IMG/VR virus record: IMGVR_UViG_3300012041_000008
Coordinates: 1 to 48,405 of that record
Length of the DNA: 48,405 nt
Strand: one strand, 5' to 3'
Source of the DNA: a virus
Taxonomy: Duplodnaviria; Caudoviricetes
Of this stretch, positions 19,802 to 29,024 are shown one piece after another (position 1 is the first letter of the stretch; each line of letters begins with the position of its first letter). The notes beneath the pieces are model-generated. The model was given only the letters and a program-made list of their open reading frames with translations, did not search any database and was not told the DNA's origin. The position numbers and the translations under genes are program-made.

Positions 19802-20356
19802 TTACCTTAGTGAAATGACTTTGGACTTGTTACTTCCGGTTAGTAACGTGGATGACTCAAAAGAAGGTAATGGTTTCGTTGATTCAGGTGCATCCAACAA
19901 ACCATATACCTTATCACTTTCTTCCTGTTGTTTCTTCTCTTCTTGCAATCTGTGTTCTTCCTCAGTTAAGAATCGCTTCTCAGCTTTCTCGACTCTATTA
20001 ACTAAGAACTCAATAGCTTTCCAGTTCAATGGCAACTGGTTATCATCTTTGTCTAAAAACGGAAAGAGAGGTTCATAAGTGAACTTATCGTGAAAGATAT
20101 CTTTTCTATCAATATTAGGCTCAACTCTTTCAAGGAGCCAACAGTCTTTCATATACCAATACTTCTTAATCTCTACTAATCCTTGTTTAGCGCCTAACCA
20201 AATTCCTGTTTCCTGAGTTAAGATATCATAAGAACCGTATCTCTTCTCAGTCTGAAACTCTGAACGGACAATCCTATACTTCTGTTGTCCTGAAAGCTGT
20301 TCCTTACCAAACAACCTTAATAACCTAGCGTTGATTATAGATTCTAATGAGTCCAT
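19802..20356 (-). CDS. Hypothetical protein
   Basis: 184-aa ORF tiling the operon. Confidence 0.7.
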   Translation of the reverse strand: MDSLESIINARLLRLFGKEQLSGQQKYRIVRSEFQTEKRYGSYDILTQETGIWLGAKQGLVEIKKYWYMKDCWLLERVEPNIDRKDIFHDKFTYEPLFPFLDKDDNQLPLNWKAIEFLVNRVEKAEKRFLTEEEHRLQEEKKQQEESDKVYGLLDAPESTKPLPSFESSTLLTGSNKSKVISLR

Positions 20357-20358
20357 AT

Positions 20359-20399
20359 AAAGAAGTGGGAGATAGCTTTTACACTATCCCCCACTCTCC
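20359..20399 (-). terminator. Hairpin/weak intrinsic terminator downstream of major capsid gene
   Basis: Minus strand AGTGGGGGATAG-loop-CTATCTCCCACT followed by TCTTT. Confidence 0.6.
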
Positions 20400-20447
20400 C
20401 TCTATAGTTACCAGCTCCCCAGCACGAATTAACTACAGAGATACCTA

Positions 20448-21707
20448 TTAATAACCTGTTGGAACTAACAGATTATCAATATATGCCTGAGCAGGCGGGC
20501 AATCACAGAACAGATTCCACGAAGCCACAATATAGAATATCTGGCTTGTGGCAACTCCACCGCTTGCACCACGCATCTCGAAAATCTTTCGACCTTCGAC
20601 TGTGTAGTAATCAATCGGATGAAGTTCTGCACGACCCCAATGGTCGTTAGTGAGGAAGTCAATCCTTGTCTTATTCCAGACAAAGTTTGGCTTGATTGGT
20701 GCTCCTGCTAATCTCATGTTCTCTGAGAAGAACAGGTTTAACCCCTGCTCACTTGCTTCCTTATTGATAACGGAAACAAGCTGACCTAAAGCTTCATAGG
20801 CTTGCACCTGACAGGGGTGCATCCATGCAGTTAAAGGAGTCTTGTTATCCATTCCCAAACGGTCGCCAATCGCATTAATTGCACGACGGGCAAACGCAGG
20901 AGATAAAGCAGCAGAGGCAGCATTAACACGATTCGCCTGAACTTCTGGCGTTGTTGCTCGTGGTAATCCTAACCAGGCACCAACTGTGCTATTCTGAACG
21001 TGATATGGAACACCGAAAAGACCAACAGGTGTAGCACCTGATAATCCTTCGGGAACAATCACATCCGTTGGGGCAATAGCAGCAATCGTAGCATCCAACT
21101 GGACTCGCTTATTAACTAAATCATAAGCAATAATCTTAGCTGGAGTAGCACTACGCGGCGCTGCTAATGCGCTATCGTATACCAACACTCGCTGACCCTT
21201 TCGGAGCAGCTTTACACCATAACCATCAGTGGTGCAGGTTAAAGTGTCATTGGTAAGTGCAGTAGTAGACAACGAAGTAATGGTAGCAAGAACGCCATTA
21301 CCAGCAGTCATGCACTGAGCTTCAGTCTGACGACGGAACTCTGGCATTGCTTTAGCCATAAGTTCCTTGAAGAGATTGATAACAGACTTACGGCTGTCAT
21401 CAGTTCCCCACTGAGACTTAGTGTTCCACTGGATAGCGTGCTTGAAGTTTACGGTGTTGATAACGGCCTTGTCGTATGTCTGACCGTCGCCAATACCTAA
21501 ATCTCCACCATCCGGGTTATAGTATCCAAAGTAGCCACCAGGACCGATAGCTAATGGAATACGCATATCCCGTTCTGAGATTACTTCAGTGTCCTTCTTC
21601 TCCACTGAGGAAAAGAATTTCGCTGACTCTAACTCGTAAAGCATGGAGAGCTTCTTACGAACTTTCTCCATCTCTACGGATAATAACTGTGTCCCGCCAA
21701 CAGCCAT
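20448..21707 (-). CDS. Major capsid protein (HK97 fold)
   Basis: 419 aa after portal and scaffold, AGGAG RBS, downstream hairpin, more C-ending codons. Confidence 0.85.
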   Translation of the reverse strand: MAVGGTQLLSVEMEKVRKKLSMLYELESAKFFSSVEKKDTEVISERDMRIPLAIGPGGYFGYYNPDGGDLGIGDGQTYDKAVINTVNFKHAIQWNTKSQWGTDDSRKSVINLFKELMAKAMPEFRRQTEAQCMTAGNGVLATITSLSTTALTNDTLTCTTDGYGVKLLRKGQRVLVYDSALAAPRSATPAKIIAYDLVNKRVQLDATIAAIAPTDVIVPEGLSGATPVGLFGVPYHVQNSTVGAWLGLPRATTPEVQANRVNAASAALSPAFARRAINAIGDRLGMDNKTPLTAWMHPCQVQAYEALGQLVSVINKEASEQGLNLFFSENMRLAGAPIKPNFVWNKTRIDFLTNDHWGRAELHPIDYYTVEGRKIFEMRGASGGVATSQIFYIVASWNLFCDCPPAQAYIDNLLVPTGY

Positions 21708-21716
21708 TGTTAACTC

Positions 21717-23018
21717 CTATTTGATATACTTCGGTTTCCCGTTAAGTATATCCATATCAGTGGTTCTGGTCTTGTCAACCCTGCTAAAATCAATCTTGTC
21801 TTCACCTTTATTGCCACCCAGACCAGCAGGAACAAGTCGGCGTGACTCAGACTTTGGAGAGTCTTTCACTTTGATACCAGCTTCACGTAAAACTTTATTG
21901 CGAACTGCTGGAAGTGCCTGTCTAGCCCTTTGTAAATAGGCTTTAACAATTCGGCTCTTCCAATCTGGAGAATACTTGGAGGATTTAGCCTGGTCAAATA
22001 AGGATTGAATACCGCCAAGGTATCTCTTATCTGAACCAAGAACTTCATCAACTCCAGCAAAAATGTCTCGAATGACATTCCGCTTCTGATAGTCGTCTAA
22101 CTTAATACCATCAAGCTCTTTGGTAATAGACAACTTCATTGAGTGGTTTACTACTTCAGTAATACCACCACGGAAATCAGTGAGTTTTGTATTTTCAAAT
22201 TCCTGTCTTTCTTTCTCTAAGGTTTCCATCTCCTTAGTCTTGCCGACTTTCTTTCTCTCTTCTAATGGAGCCTTAATGTCCTGAGTATCGAACCAGTAGT
22301 TATGCGCGTGTATTGCTACTGCTGCCAGATTTTTATTGCCACTCTTTAAAGCATCAGAATACATGGACATTAACGCACGCTTCATTGGCTTGAGCATTAC
22401 TTCGCCATAAAGCTGTGGGTTAATCTTACCAATAGATTCTAATATAGTATGAGAAAAATCCTCAAAAGCTGCTTCATTGGTATTCTTAATAGCCTTGAGG
22501 AATACTCCTGTCCTATCTACATCTCCTGATGCAATATCATTATACATAGATGCAAGATAACCAGCATTTCTGGCAGCAGTCCTAGCATCTTCTGGAGTAG
22601 GAAAGATTGCTCCAAACTCCTTATCCCGCTCTAAAGCCTCTCTTAATCCAGGGACTTTCTTAAAGAGGTCAGGTGCAGCTTTCTTAACAGCTTTAGTTAA
22701 GTCAGCTAAATCTAATGATTGTTCTTCATCAGATTCATCTTCTTCTTCTTCTTCCTCTTCTTCATCTTCTTCTACGTCGGAATCCCCAGACCCATCAGGT
22801 TCTTCATCGCCGGAATCTTCGCCTTCTTCTTCATCTTCATCGGAAACTTCTTCTTCCCCTTCTTCTTCATCGTCTCCTTTTCCACCGGGAACTTGTTCAT
22901 TGGCATCGTCATCTCCTTGGTCTAGAATATCTCTATCGCTTACTTCAGATACAGGTTCAACGTCACCAATACCTGCACCTTCGTTGGGAGAAAAGAAAAC
23001 TTTGAATGTCTTATACAT
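21717..23018 (-). CDS. Capsid scaffolding protein
   Basis: Very acidic low-complexity N-terminus, helical body, between portal and capsid. Confidence 0.75.
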   Translation of the reverse strand: MYKTFKVFFSPNEGAGIGDVEPVSEVSDRDILDQGDDDANEQVPGGKGDDEEEGEEEVSDEDEEEGEDSGDEEPDGSGDSDVEEDEEEEEEEEDESDEEQSLDLADLTKAVKKAAPDLFKKVPGLREALERDKEFGAIFPTPEDARTAARNAGYLASMYNDIASGDVDRTGVFLKAIKNTNEAAFEDFSHTILESIGKINPQLYGEVMLKPMKRALMSMYSDALKSGNKNLAAVAIHAHNYWFDTQDIKAPLEERKKVGKTKEMETLEKERQEFENTKLTDFRGGITEVVNHSMKLSITKELDGIKLDDYQKRNVIRDIFAGVDEVLGSDKRYLGGIQSLFDQAKSSKYSPDWKSRIVKAYLQRARQALPAVRNKVLREAGIKVKDSPKSESRRLVPAGLGGNKGEDKIDFSRVDKTRTTDMDILNGKPKYIK

Positions 23019-25282
23019 TATCCACCTACTCTAGTTGAAGCTGAATCTGGTTCCATACCTGGAGGTGTTTCATTGGGAACATCTGTTCTAAGCTGCTGCA
23101 TCATTTGATGAGCTTTCCAATGAAGCACAACATTTTGATAACCTGGAGGATTTTCTTGCTTCGCTTTCTGACCCTTTGAAGAGTTTAGCCAAACCTTGCA
23201 CACTTCCATTTCAACCATATGGTCATCAAACTCTTCAGGAACAATAGATGGTTCCATACCAAGTGGAGAGTTTTGACTTGGTGCTGGCTGTTGTTCAAGC
23301 ATTTGGCTAATTTCACGATACTGTTTAGTCCTGTCATTAAGACCAGGAATATACAGTTCAGGAATACCAAGAGCTTTCTTAACCAACTCATTATTCTGTG
23401 GATGAGAAAGCATTGCCATAACCATTGGGTCTTTAGCCTGCATCAGATTCATAAAGGTATCTTTAATCTGCATTGGCCCAATGGGTAGCAATTCTGAGAA
23501 CTCTGGTTCACAAGTTCCTAATTCTCCACGTTGTAATGCCATGCGGTCAATAGTAGTAGATTGATAACCAGCAGAAGTTTTCTCTACTAGCTTCTCATCA
23601 TACTCTAATACGTCAGCATACTCTCTTGTAGCTTTATTAATGATATCTGCCCACAAGAAAGAGGCAATAGCGGAGACAGTTCCTAATCTTTGTAAGGCTT
23701 GGTTCTGAGATTTGGTATATTCTGTGGCAGTAGATGAGCCAGGAACAGAACCACCATAAACTGTTGGGAAATCTCCAGTAACAAACTCAGCTAAATTCTT
23801 ATACTTCTGATTTAACGCCATTACTTCAGGAGTAAGCTGAGCCGCTCGTGTTTCAAAGAAGTTAGAACCGATATCTTTACCAGGTTCTTTAAATGCTTGG
23901 GTAACATTACCCGGTTTGGCTTGAGCATTACCATATCTAGTAAAATCAATGGCATCTGACGCAATAAATAGCTCAGATATACCATGTTCCATCGTTTGTA
24001 GCTCTAATTCATCAATCTCTGCATTGATATCCTGAATCATTGCGAGATTTGTGCCTAAAGGTTCAGCATGAATTGAAGAACTACGTGGGTCTAAGCCCAT
24101 TGTCCAATGGTCGTCTAAATCTTCTCCATTAATTTCAACAGGCTGGTCATTTACATAGATAACGTAGCATCCCATCGGATACTTACGCTTGATTTCATCA
24201 ACAGTTTCCCTATTGCTCTGGTCTTTTGGTCCACAAACCAGTTCAAACTGCCACGGTCTATACCAAACACACTTAACTACAGCAGTATTTTGTGGTTGGT
24301 TGTTTAAATAGACCGAAGGAAAGCGAATAGCTTGGTCAGTAGAGGTATCTGCTGTAGAAGATTCGATGTTTTCGATTAAAGGTTCTTCACCTTCTGGACC
24401 AGGAGCACATAAAATAGAGCGAAGTGAAGCAATAGACTGGTCAAACTTCAAGATTAAGTAACCACAATGCTCCTGAGTCCTAGCAGCATATGGCACTTTA
24501 ACATTAAGCACCCCAAACGGGTCAATAATAACGTGGGTTTTCTCTTTGTTAACCTGAATAGGAACAGGAACTTTAATAGTCTGTGGAGTTACTTCTGTTG
24601 TAATTTGCTGTCCACACGATTGGCAGGGAAGACTAACACCTTCTTGTCCACTTTCTCCGTAGTCAAATCCACAGACGGGGCAAGCGTGATTGTAGCTGGT
24701 TTGTTCTTCCAGAGAAGTTTCTTCAACTTGATAAAATCCAAACTTTCTGTCCTTCTTTGCATATGAATAAACGAATGGTGTGCCTTGATTAAATAGAATT
24801 GTTAGAATTTTGATAAAGAGGAGTTTTGCCTTGTTATGCTTTTGTACCACTTTAGCAAGCGCAGAGAAGTTCTCAGCCTTATCAATGTCATCAGCATTAT
24901 CAGCATCAGCGGGATAGAAAAGAATAGTCGGAACACCAACGGATAAGGCGGCAATAATAGACTCACCATGAGGGCGATAAATGTTAATAATGCGGGGAGG
25001 AATACCTTCAGCTTCCTTGTCGTCCCAATTTGGTATTGACCAGTCATTTTGTAGATTATCCCAAAAGAGAGTTACAATATTATTGAAATAGAGTTCTAAT
25101 CTCTTAGCCTTACGAACCCAAGCATAATGGACAGATTCATCTTCTCTCTCACACATTGACAAGAGAGAAGAGAGAACTGTTTTATAATCGTCTGGAACGT
25201 GAGTCGGTTGCTTCGGCTTCTCTTGTTCTTCAGAAGCCAAAACTTCCGTATCTGTTTGTTCCACTGGTGGCTGTTCAATCAT
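23018..25282 (-). CDS. Portal protein with zinc-ribbon insertion
   Basis: ~755 aa after TerL; INIYRPHGESIIAALS, SSTATEY, DDH..EM P22-like portal features; CPVC..CQSC insert. Confidence 0.85.
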   Translation of the reverse strand: MIEQPPVEQTDTEVLASEEQEKPKQPTHVPDDYKTVLSSLLSMCEREDESVHYAWVRKAKRLELYFNNIVTLFWDNLQNDWSIPNWDDKEAEGIPPRIINIYRPHGESIIAALSVGVPTILFYPADADNADDIDKAENFSALAKVVQKHNKAKLLFIKILTILFNQGTPFVYSYAKKDRKFGFYQVEETSLEEQTSYNHACPVCGFDYGESGQEGVSLPCQSCGQQITTEVTPQTIKVPVPIQVNKEKTHVIIDPFGVLNVKVPYAARTQEHCGYLILKFDQSIASLRSILCAPGPEGEEPLIENIESSTADTSTDQAIRFPSVYLNNQPQNTAVVKCVWYRPWQFELVCGPKDQSNRETVDEIKRKYPMGCYVIYVNDQPVEINGEDLDDHWTMGLDPRSSSIHAEPLGTNLAMIQDINAEIDELELQTMEHGISELFIASDAIDFTRYGNAQAKPGNVTQAFKEPGKDIGSNFFETRAAQLTPEVMALNQKYKNLAEFVTGDFPTVYGGSVPGSSTATEYTKSQNQALQRLGTVSAIASFLWADIINKATREYADVLEYDEKLVEKTSAGYQSTTIDRMALQRGELGTCEPEFSELLPIGPMQIKDTFMNLMQAKDPMVMAMLSHPQNNELVKKALGIPELYIPGLNDRTKQYREISQMLEQQPAPSQNSPLGMEPSIVPEEFDDHMVEMEVCKVWLNSSKGQKAKQENPPGYQNVVLHWKAHQMMQQLRTDVPNETPPGMEPDSASTRVGG

Positions 25283-25652
25283 TGACAATTACTTTCTCGT
25301 ATTGTTTCTCTTCTACTTCCACCACTTCATGCTTCTTCCTATTAGCTAGGGCTTGTTCTCTTATCCTTGTATGAACTGACTTATATCCTCTGGTGCTCTC
25401 AAATGGAACTTCCATTCTTACTCGCTCTCCTTTTACTTCTCGCTGGAGAGCTTTTAATTCTGCTATCTCATCTTGAAGATATACTATGAAAGCATCCTTA
25501 GTGCGAATAAGCTCGGCGAAAACCTCTTCTTCTAAACGTAGTGCCAACTCTCTGTTCGCCCTTTTTCGCTTCCAAGAATTCCATCTTTCTGTAAAACTTT
25601 GTTTGGTCGCCACCAACCAATTCTTGAATCGCATCATGAGATTTCTGAGCAT
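25275..25652 (-). CDS. Hypothetical coiled-coil protein overlapping TerL 3' end (start uncertain)
   Basis: Fills the TerL-portal gap; all candidate upstream starts lie within TerL. Confidence 0.55.
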   Translation of the reverse strand: MLRNLMMRFKNWLVATKQSFTERWNSWKRKRANRELALRLEEEVFAELIRTKDAFIVYLQDEIAELKALQREVKGERVRMEVPFESTRGYKSVHTRIREQALANRKKHEVVEVEEKQYEKVIVND

Positions 25653-27174
25653 GCTCTAATTCTTTCGCGTTAGCAATCTGGTAATCTTTAATACCACCTA
25701 ATAGTATTCGTAAGCAATCATAAGGGTCATCACCGTCAAACTCTTTAACATCTTCTTTCTTCTTACCTTCATCCGGTGTATCTTCATATACACAGGCTGG
25801 TATCGTTTCTATTAATAAGGGGCAAGTGTTGAAGATTTGCAGTTTAGGTATATCTTTTTCTTCTTGTTCAGCCTCAAACATCTTGACGTAATCGACGTAG
25901 GCTTTCTGTCCATATAGTCTGAAAATCTTATCAGCATATTCTTTATCAAACTCCCCACCGTAAATTCTAGCTGGGTTTTCCTTTGGCTTCCACCTTAAGA
26001 ATTCATGGATAGCAACCTTACCGTTTATTCTATTCTTCTCACCTAAAGTTACAGGACACTTAAAGTCAGCGTGCCTTAATGCTTTGGTAAGCTGCTCATA
26101 AACAGTAAACGGTTCACCACGATTCTGTGAAGCTGAATGACAGATAGAAACTTTACTAACTAAATCCTTTTCTTCTGGTGTTGTAAGATTAACTAGGTCA
26201 GATAAATAATCTACAATTAACTTTTCTTTAACAGCATACTCTCTATATATGAACAACCTTCCAGTGGGAGATAAAGCTGACCAGTAGATGATTGTATAAG
26301 CAGCGTATCCCCAATCAATACCAATGAATCTGGGCCACCAAGAAGGAATATCGAAGGGGTCAATAACGTGTCTCGCATTGTCCGGTTCATCACTAAGCGG
26401 TTCCAATCGAAATTCATTAAAGACCTGTCCTTCGTAGGTATCCCAATCTCCATATAACTTAGCTTTCTTTTCAGCTTCACTCAGTGACATTAACTGAGCG
26501 ATGTATTCTGGGTTATTAGCTAGTAAGGTTGGATTATCTTGAATCCTAGCGGGAATGAACATCCGCTTTAATCCAGTCTTACTATCTAATAGAATCTTAT
26601 ATCCATCCTTATTGGGCTTAACAAATCTTTTCTTAAAGTATGAGTGCCCTACGTTTCCTGGATTTGTTCCACTCCTAGCAATAGCTGGTAAGTCAGCACA
26701 TCTCGAACGAAGCCGAGACATAACAAGGTATGAATATTGAAACTCAGTAAAGTGGGTTGCCTCATCATATGATATGAGATTATACTGGTCAGAATCAAAC
26801 TTTCTAATATCGTCCTCTTTATCTGCTCCACCGAAGTATTGAACGGCTCCAGATGGAAATGTCCACTTCTTCTTAGTTTCATTAAATATCCCACCTAACG
26901 ACGGATAAATCTCTTTGGAACGGGATATTAATTCGGTTTCAAGCTGCTTAAGATTTCTTCTAAGGATGATTCCTTTATAGAGTGGGTGCTCGTGAAATTG
27001 ATATATAAGGGGCATCCAAACAACGACTTCTGTTTTACCAGCACCAGCAGCACCACCATATAATCCTTCCTTTATTGTCCAAGGTATAGATAAGAAGTCG
27101 CTTTGCTTTTTAGTCGGTGAGAACTCTCGTTCTACGACCGAAGTGACTTCGATTGGTTTCTGCTTTTGATACAT
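25498..27174 (-). CDS. terL: Terminase large subunit
   Basis: YGGAAGAGKT Walker A, YDEATHF Walker B, GTNPG, GIDWG nuclease, DDPYDCLR. Confidence 0.97.
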   Translation of the reverse strand: MYQKQKPIEVTSVVEREFSPTKKQSDFLSIPWTIKEGLYGGAAGAGKTEVVVWMPLIYQFHEHPLYKGIILRRNLKQLETELISRSKEIYPSLGGIFNETKKKWTFPSGAVQYFGGADKEDDIRKFDSDQYNLISYDEATHFTEFQYSYLVMSRLRSRCADLPAIARSGTNPGNVGHSYFKKRFVKPNKDGYKILLDSKTGLKRMFIPARIQDNPTLLANNPEYIAQLMSLSEAEKKAKLYGDWDTYEGQVFNEFRLEPLSDEPDNARHVIDPFDIPSWWPRFIGIDWGYAAYTIIYWSALSPTGRLFIYREYAVKEKLIVDYLSDLVNLTTPEEKDLVSKVSICHSASQNRGEPFTVYEQLTKALRHADFKCPVTLGEKNRINGKVAIHEFLRWKPKENPARIYGGEFDKEYADKIFRLYGQKAYVDYVKMFEAEQEEKDIPKLQIFNTCPLLIETIPACVYEDTPDEGKKKEDVKEFDGDDPYDCLRILLGGIKDYQIANAKELEHAQKSHDAIQELVGGDQTKFYRKMEFLEAKKGEQRVGTTFRRRGFRRAYSH

Positions 27175-27272
27175 TAGAGCTGGCTGGTTATTAATATGTG
27201 TTCTGTCTGCGTTACTACTTGCCCGTTTACCCAGCTTGCCCTTTTAGTAGTTCAAGAGCCAAACCCCGAAGT

Positions 27273-27313
27273 GCCCGAGGAATCAATCAACTATAGTGAT
27301 TAACTCCCCAGGC
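27273..27313 (-). promoter_or_regulatory. 17-bp RNA hairpin in terL leader
   Basis: Minus strand GCCUGGGGAGUUAAUCA / UGAUUGAUUCCUCGGGC pairs fully with 4 G-U. Confidence 0.7.
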
Positions 27314-27327
27314 GGCCTCAATATAAA

Positions 27328-27708
27328 CTAAACAGGTTCCAAATGCCACTGAGCATTCAACTTACCAATATACCCATCTGTTCCCTTTAACAGAACAGAG
27401 ATAACCTTATCTGTCTGTGAAGGAATATGGAAATTCAATACTCCTGTTGGGTCAGGAATATCAGCATTCCATTTTACTTTATCTCCAACCATTACAGTAA
27501 GCTCACTCCTAATAGGCTTAGCTTGAGTGGTAGCTCCGTCTAATGGTCTAAAGGAATATTGAACTGCATCCAATACCCAAATCCTATCACCACTCTCTTC
27601 CGGCTCTTGTCCAATACCAACATCTTGTCCTACTGATGCAGTAGCAAAGTCAGTATTAACTGCCCTATGGGTAATAGGTGTCCCTTCACCGATTAGTTTG
27701 GTAATCAT
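27328..27708 (-). CDS. Hypothetical protein
   Basis: 126-aa beta-rich ORF in operon. Confidence 0.7.
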   Translation of the reverse strand: MITKLIGEGTPITHRAVNTDFATASVGQDVGIGQEPEESGDRIWVLDAVQYSFRPLDGATTQAKPIRSELTVMVGDKVKWNADIPDPTGVLNFHIPSQTDKVISVLLKGTDGYIGKLNAQWHLEPV

Positions 27709-27710
27709 GG

Positions 27711-28202
27711 TTAGGGATTGTTAAGGGTGCGAATCTTAGCAACATTAGCCCAATAGGGATGTGAAGCAGGAATAGCACTCTCTGAACCAAACTCTTCTAG
27801 AGTCTTTCCTACTTCCTTATTCAATTCATCCCGTTCCTTTAATGCTGCTTTCCTAGCATCACTAACAGGAACATCTTCAACCAATCCAGCTAGACGCATA
27901 TGAATACCAACTTCACTAGCAGTCTTTTCAGATTGCATAGCTGGCATGTTAGCTGGATTGGAAGGATTGGAAGGAACAGTAATCGGAGAATTGGGATTCT
28001 CTGGATTCTGTAAACGTGAAGGGTCGTTCTCTTTAGGTGAACCTTCTAGTGGACCATAACCCGGTCGAACATCATTAGGGTCCATAGCTCCATCTGGAAT
28101 CTTATTGATGAAAGGAGTAGGAGCTTTAGGAGCCGGTAGGTCTTTCGTTGACTTGGTATCCTTAACTACTACTGTCTCTTTCACGAAAGGTTTGTCAACC
28201 AT
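27711..28202 (-). CDS. Pro-rich hypothetical protein
   Basis: GGAG RBS; P/N/S-rich disordered middle. Confidence 0.7.
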   Translation of the reverse strand: MVDKPFVKETVVVKDTKSTKDLPAPKAPTPFINKIPDGAMDPNDVRPGYGPLEGSPKENDPSRLQNPENPNSPITVPSNPSNPANMPAMQSEKTASEVGIHMRLAGLVEDVPVSDARKAALKERDELNKEVGKTLEEFGSESAIPASHPYWANVAKIRTLNNP

Positions 28203-28458
28203 TTTGATTCTCCATTTGAGTAACTAACTCGTCAAGTGATTTGGTGTATTCAGTAAGCTGTGCCGAAAACTCTGACTCTGTGTAAGGCTTCAAGAACCAA
28301 ACTTCTCTAGGGATAATTAATCCACTAGGCACATGCTTACACATCAACTCAAATCTCTTATTACCTTTGGTTCGATATTTAGTGGAACCAGGAATAGGAA
28401 TCTGTTTGAATTCTCCAGACTCTTTAACAATCTCTATTTCCCAGTTACCAATAATCAT
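28195..28458 (-). CDS. Hypothetical protein
   Basis: AGGA RBS; overlaps next gene. Confidence 0.65.
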   Translation of the reverse strand: MIIGNWEIEIVKESGEFKQIPIPGSTKYRTKGNKRFELMCKHVPSGLIIPREVWFLKPYTESEFSAQLTEYTKSLDELVTQMENQNG

Positions 28459-28499
28459 GGTCTTTCCTATCCCTATGCCTTCTTATTGATATATAAATA

Positions 28500-28934
28500 C
28501 TAGCGCCTATAAGTGCCAGAAATAGAAATAGTATTAGCAAGGAAACTACTAGAACTAGCTTCTCTAAATAATACCCCATTTACATATATCTGAACTGATA
28601 GGAAAGGTGTTTGAATGTTAGTTGAATATACACCTGGAGTAGCTTCTAATAGTAAGAAGATGTTATCTCTATCAGATTGAAATACAATCACATAAGGAAG
28701 TGCAGTATTAACTACTGTTAGGCCGTCTAAGGAATTGTTGTATCTAACAACTGCTGAGTTAGGATTCCCATTAACTCGAAACTCAACTATGTCTTTCTTA
28801 GCAACCGGATTGGTTGGTCCTACAGGATTTAAAGGACTGTTATAATCATTTGTCTGTATTCTATTACATCCTGTTATTGATAGTAAAGTGAATAGAATAG
28901 CTATGCCTGTTAGTATCTCTGTTACAATCTTCAT
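28500..28934 (-). CDS. Lipoprotein
   Basis: MK-hydrophobic-ITGC lipobox, P/N/T linker, beta-sandwich; GAGGTG RBS before ATG 28934. Confidence 0.75.
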   Translation of the reverse strand: MKIVTEILTGIAILFTLLSITGCNRIQTNDYNSPLNPVGPTNPVAKKDIVEFRVNGNPNSAVVRYNNSLDGLTVVNTALPYVIVFQSDRDNIFLLLEATPGVYSTNIQTPFLSVQIYVNGVLFREASSSSFLANTISISGTYRR

Positions 28935-28953
28935 CACACACCTCTTATACATT

Positions 28954-28993
28954 ACTAGGGGTATAGCAGCCTTGACTCCACTATACCCCTAGT
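28954..28993. promoter_or_regulatory. 13-bp perfect inverted repeat (hairpin) between PEP-CTERM and lipoprotein genes
   Basis: ACTAGGGGTATAG ... CTATACCCCTAGT; no clear U-tract on the coding strand. Confidence 0.65.
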
Positions 28994-29024
28994 GGGTTTG
29001 ATTCTTTCTGAGAAAAACCAAACC

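Noticed and set aside
22715-23005. TCT/TCA microsatellite and Phe/Leu-rich plus-strand ORFs
   Set aside because: Reverse complement of the scaffold's Glu/Asp tract
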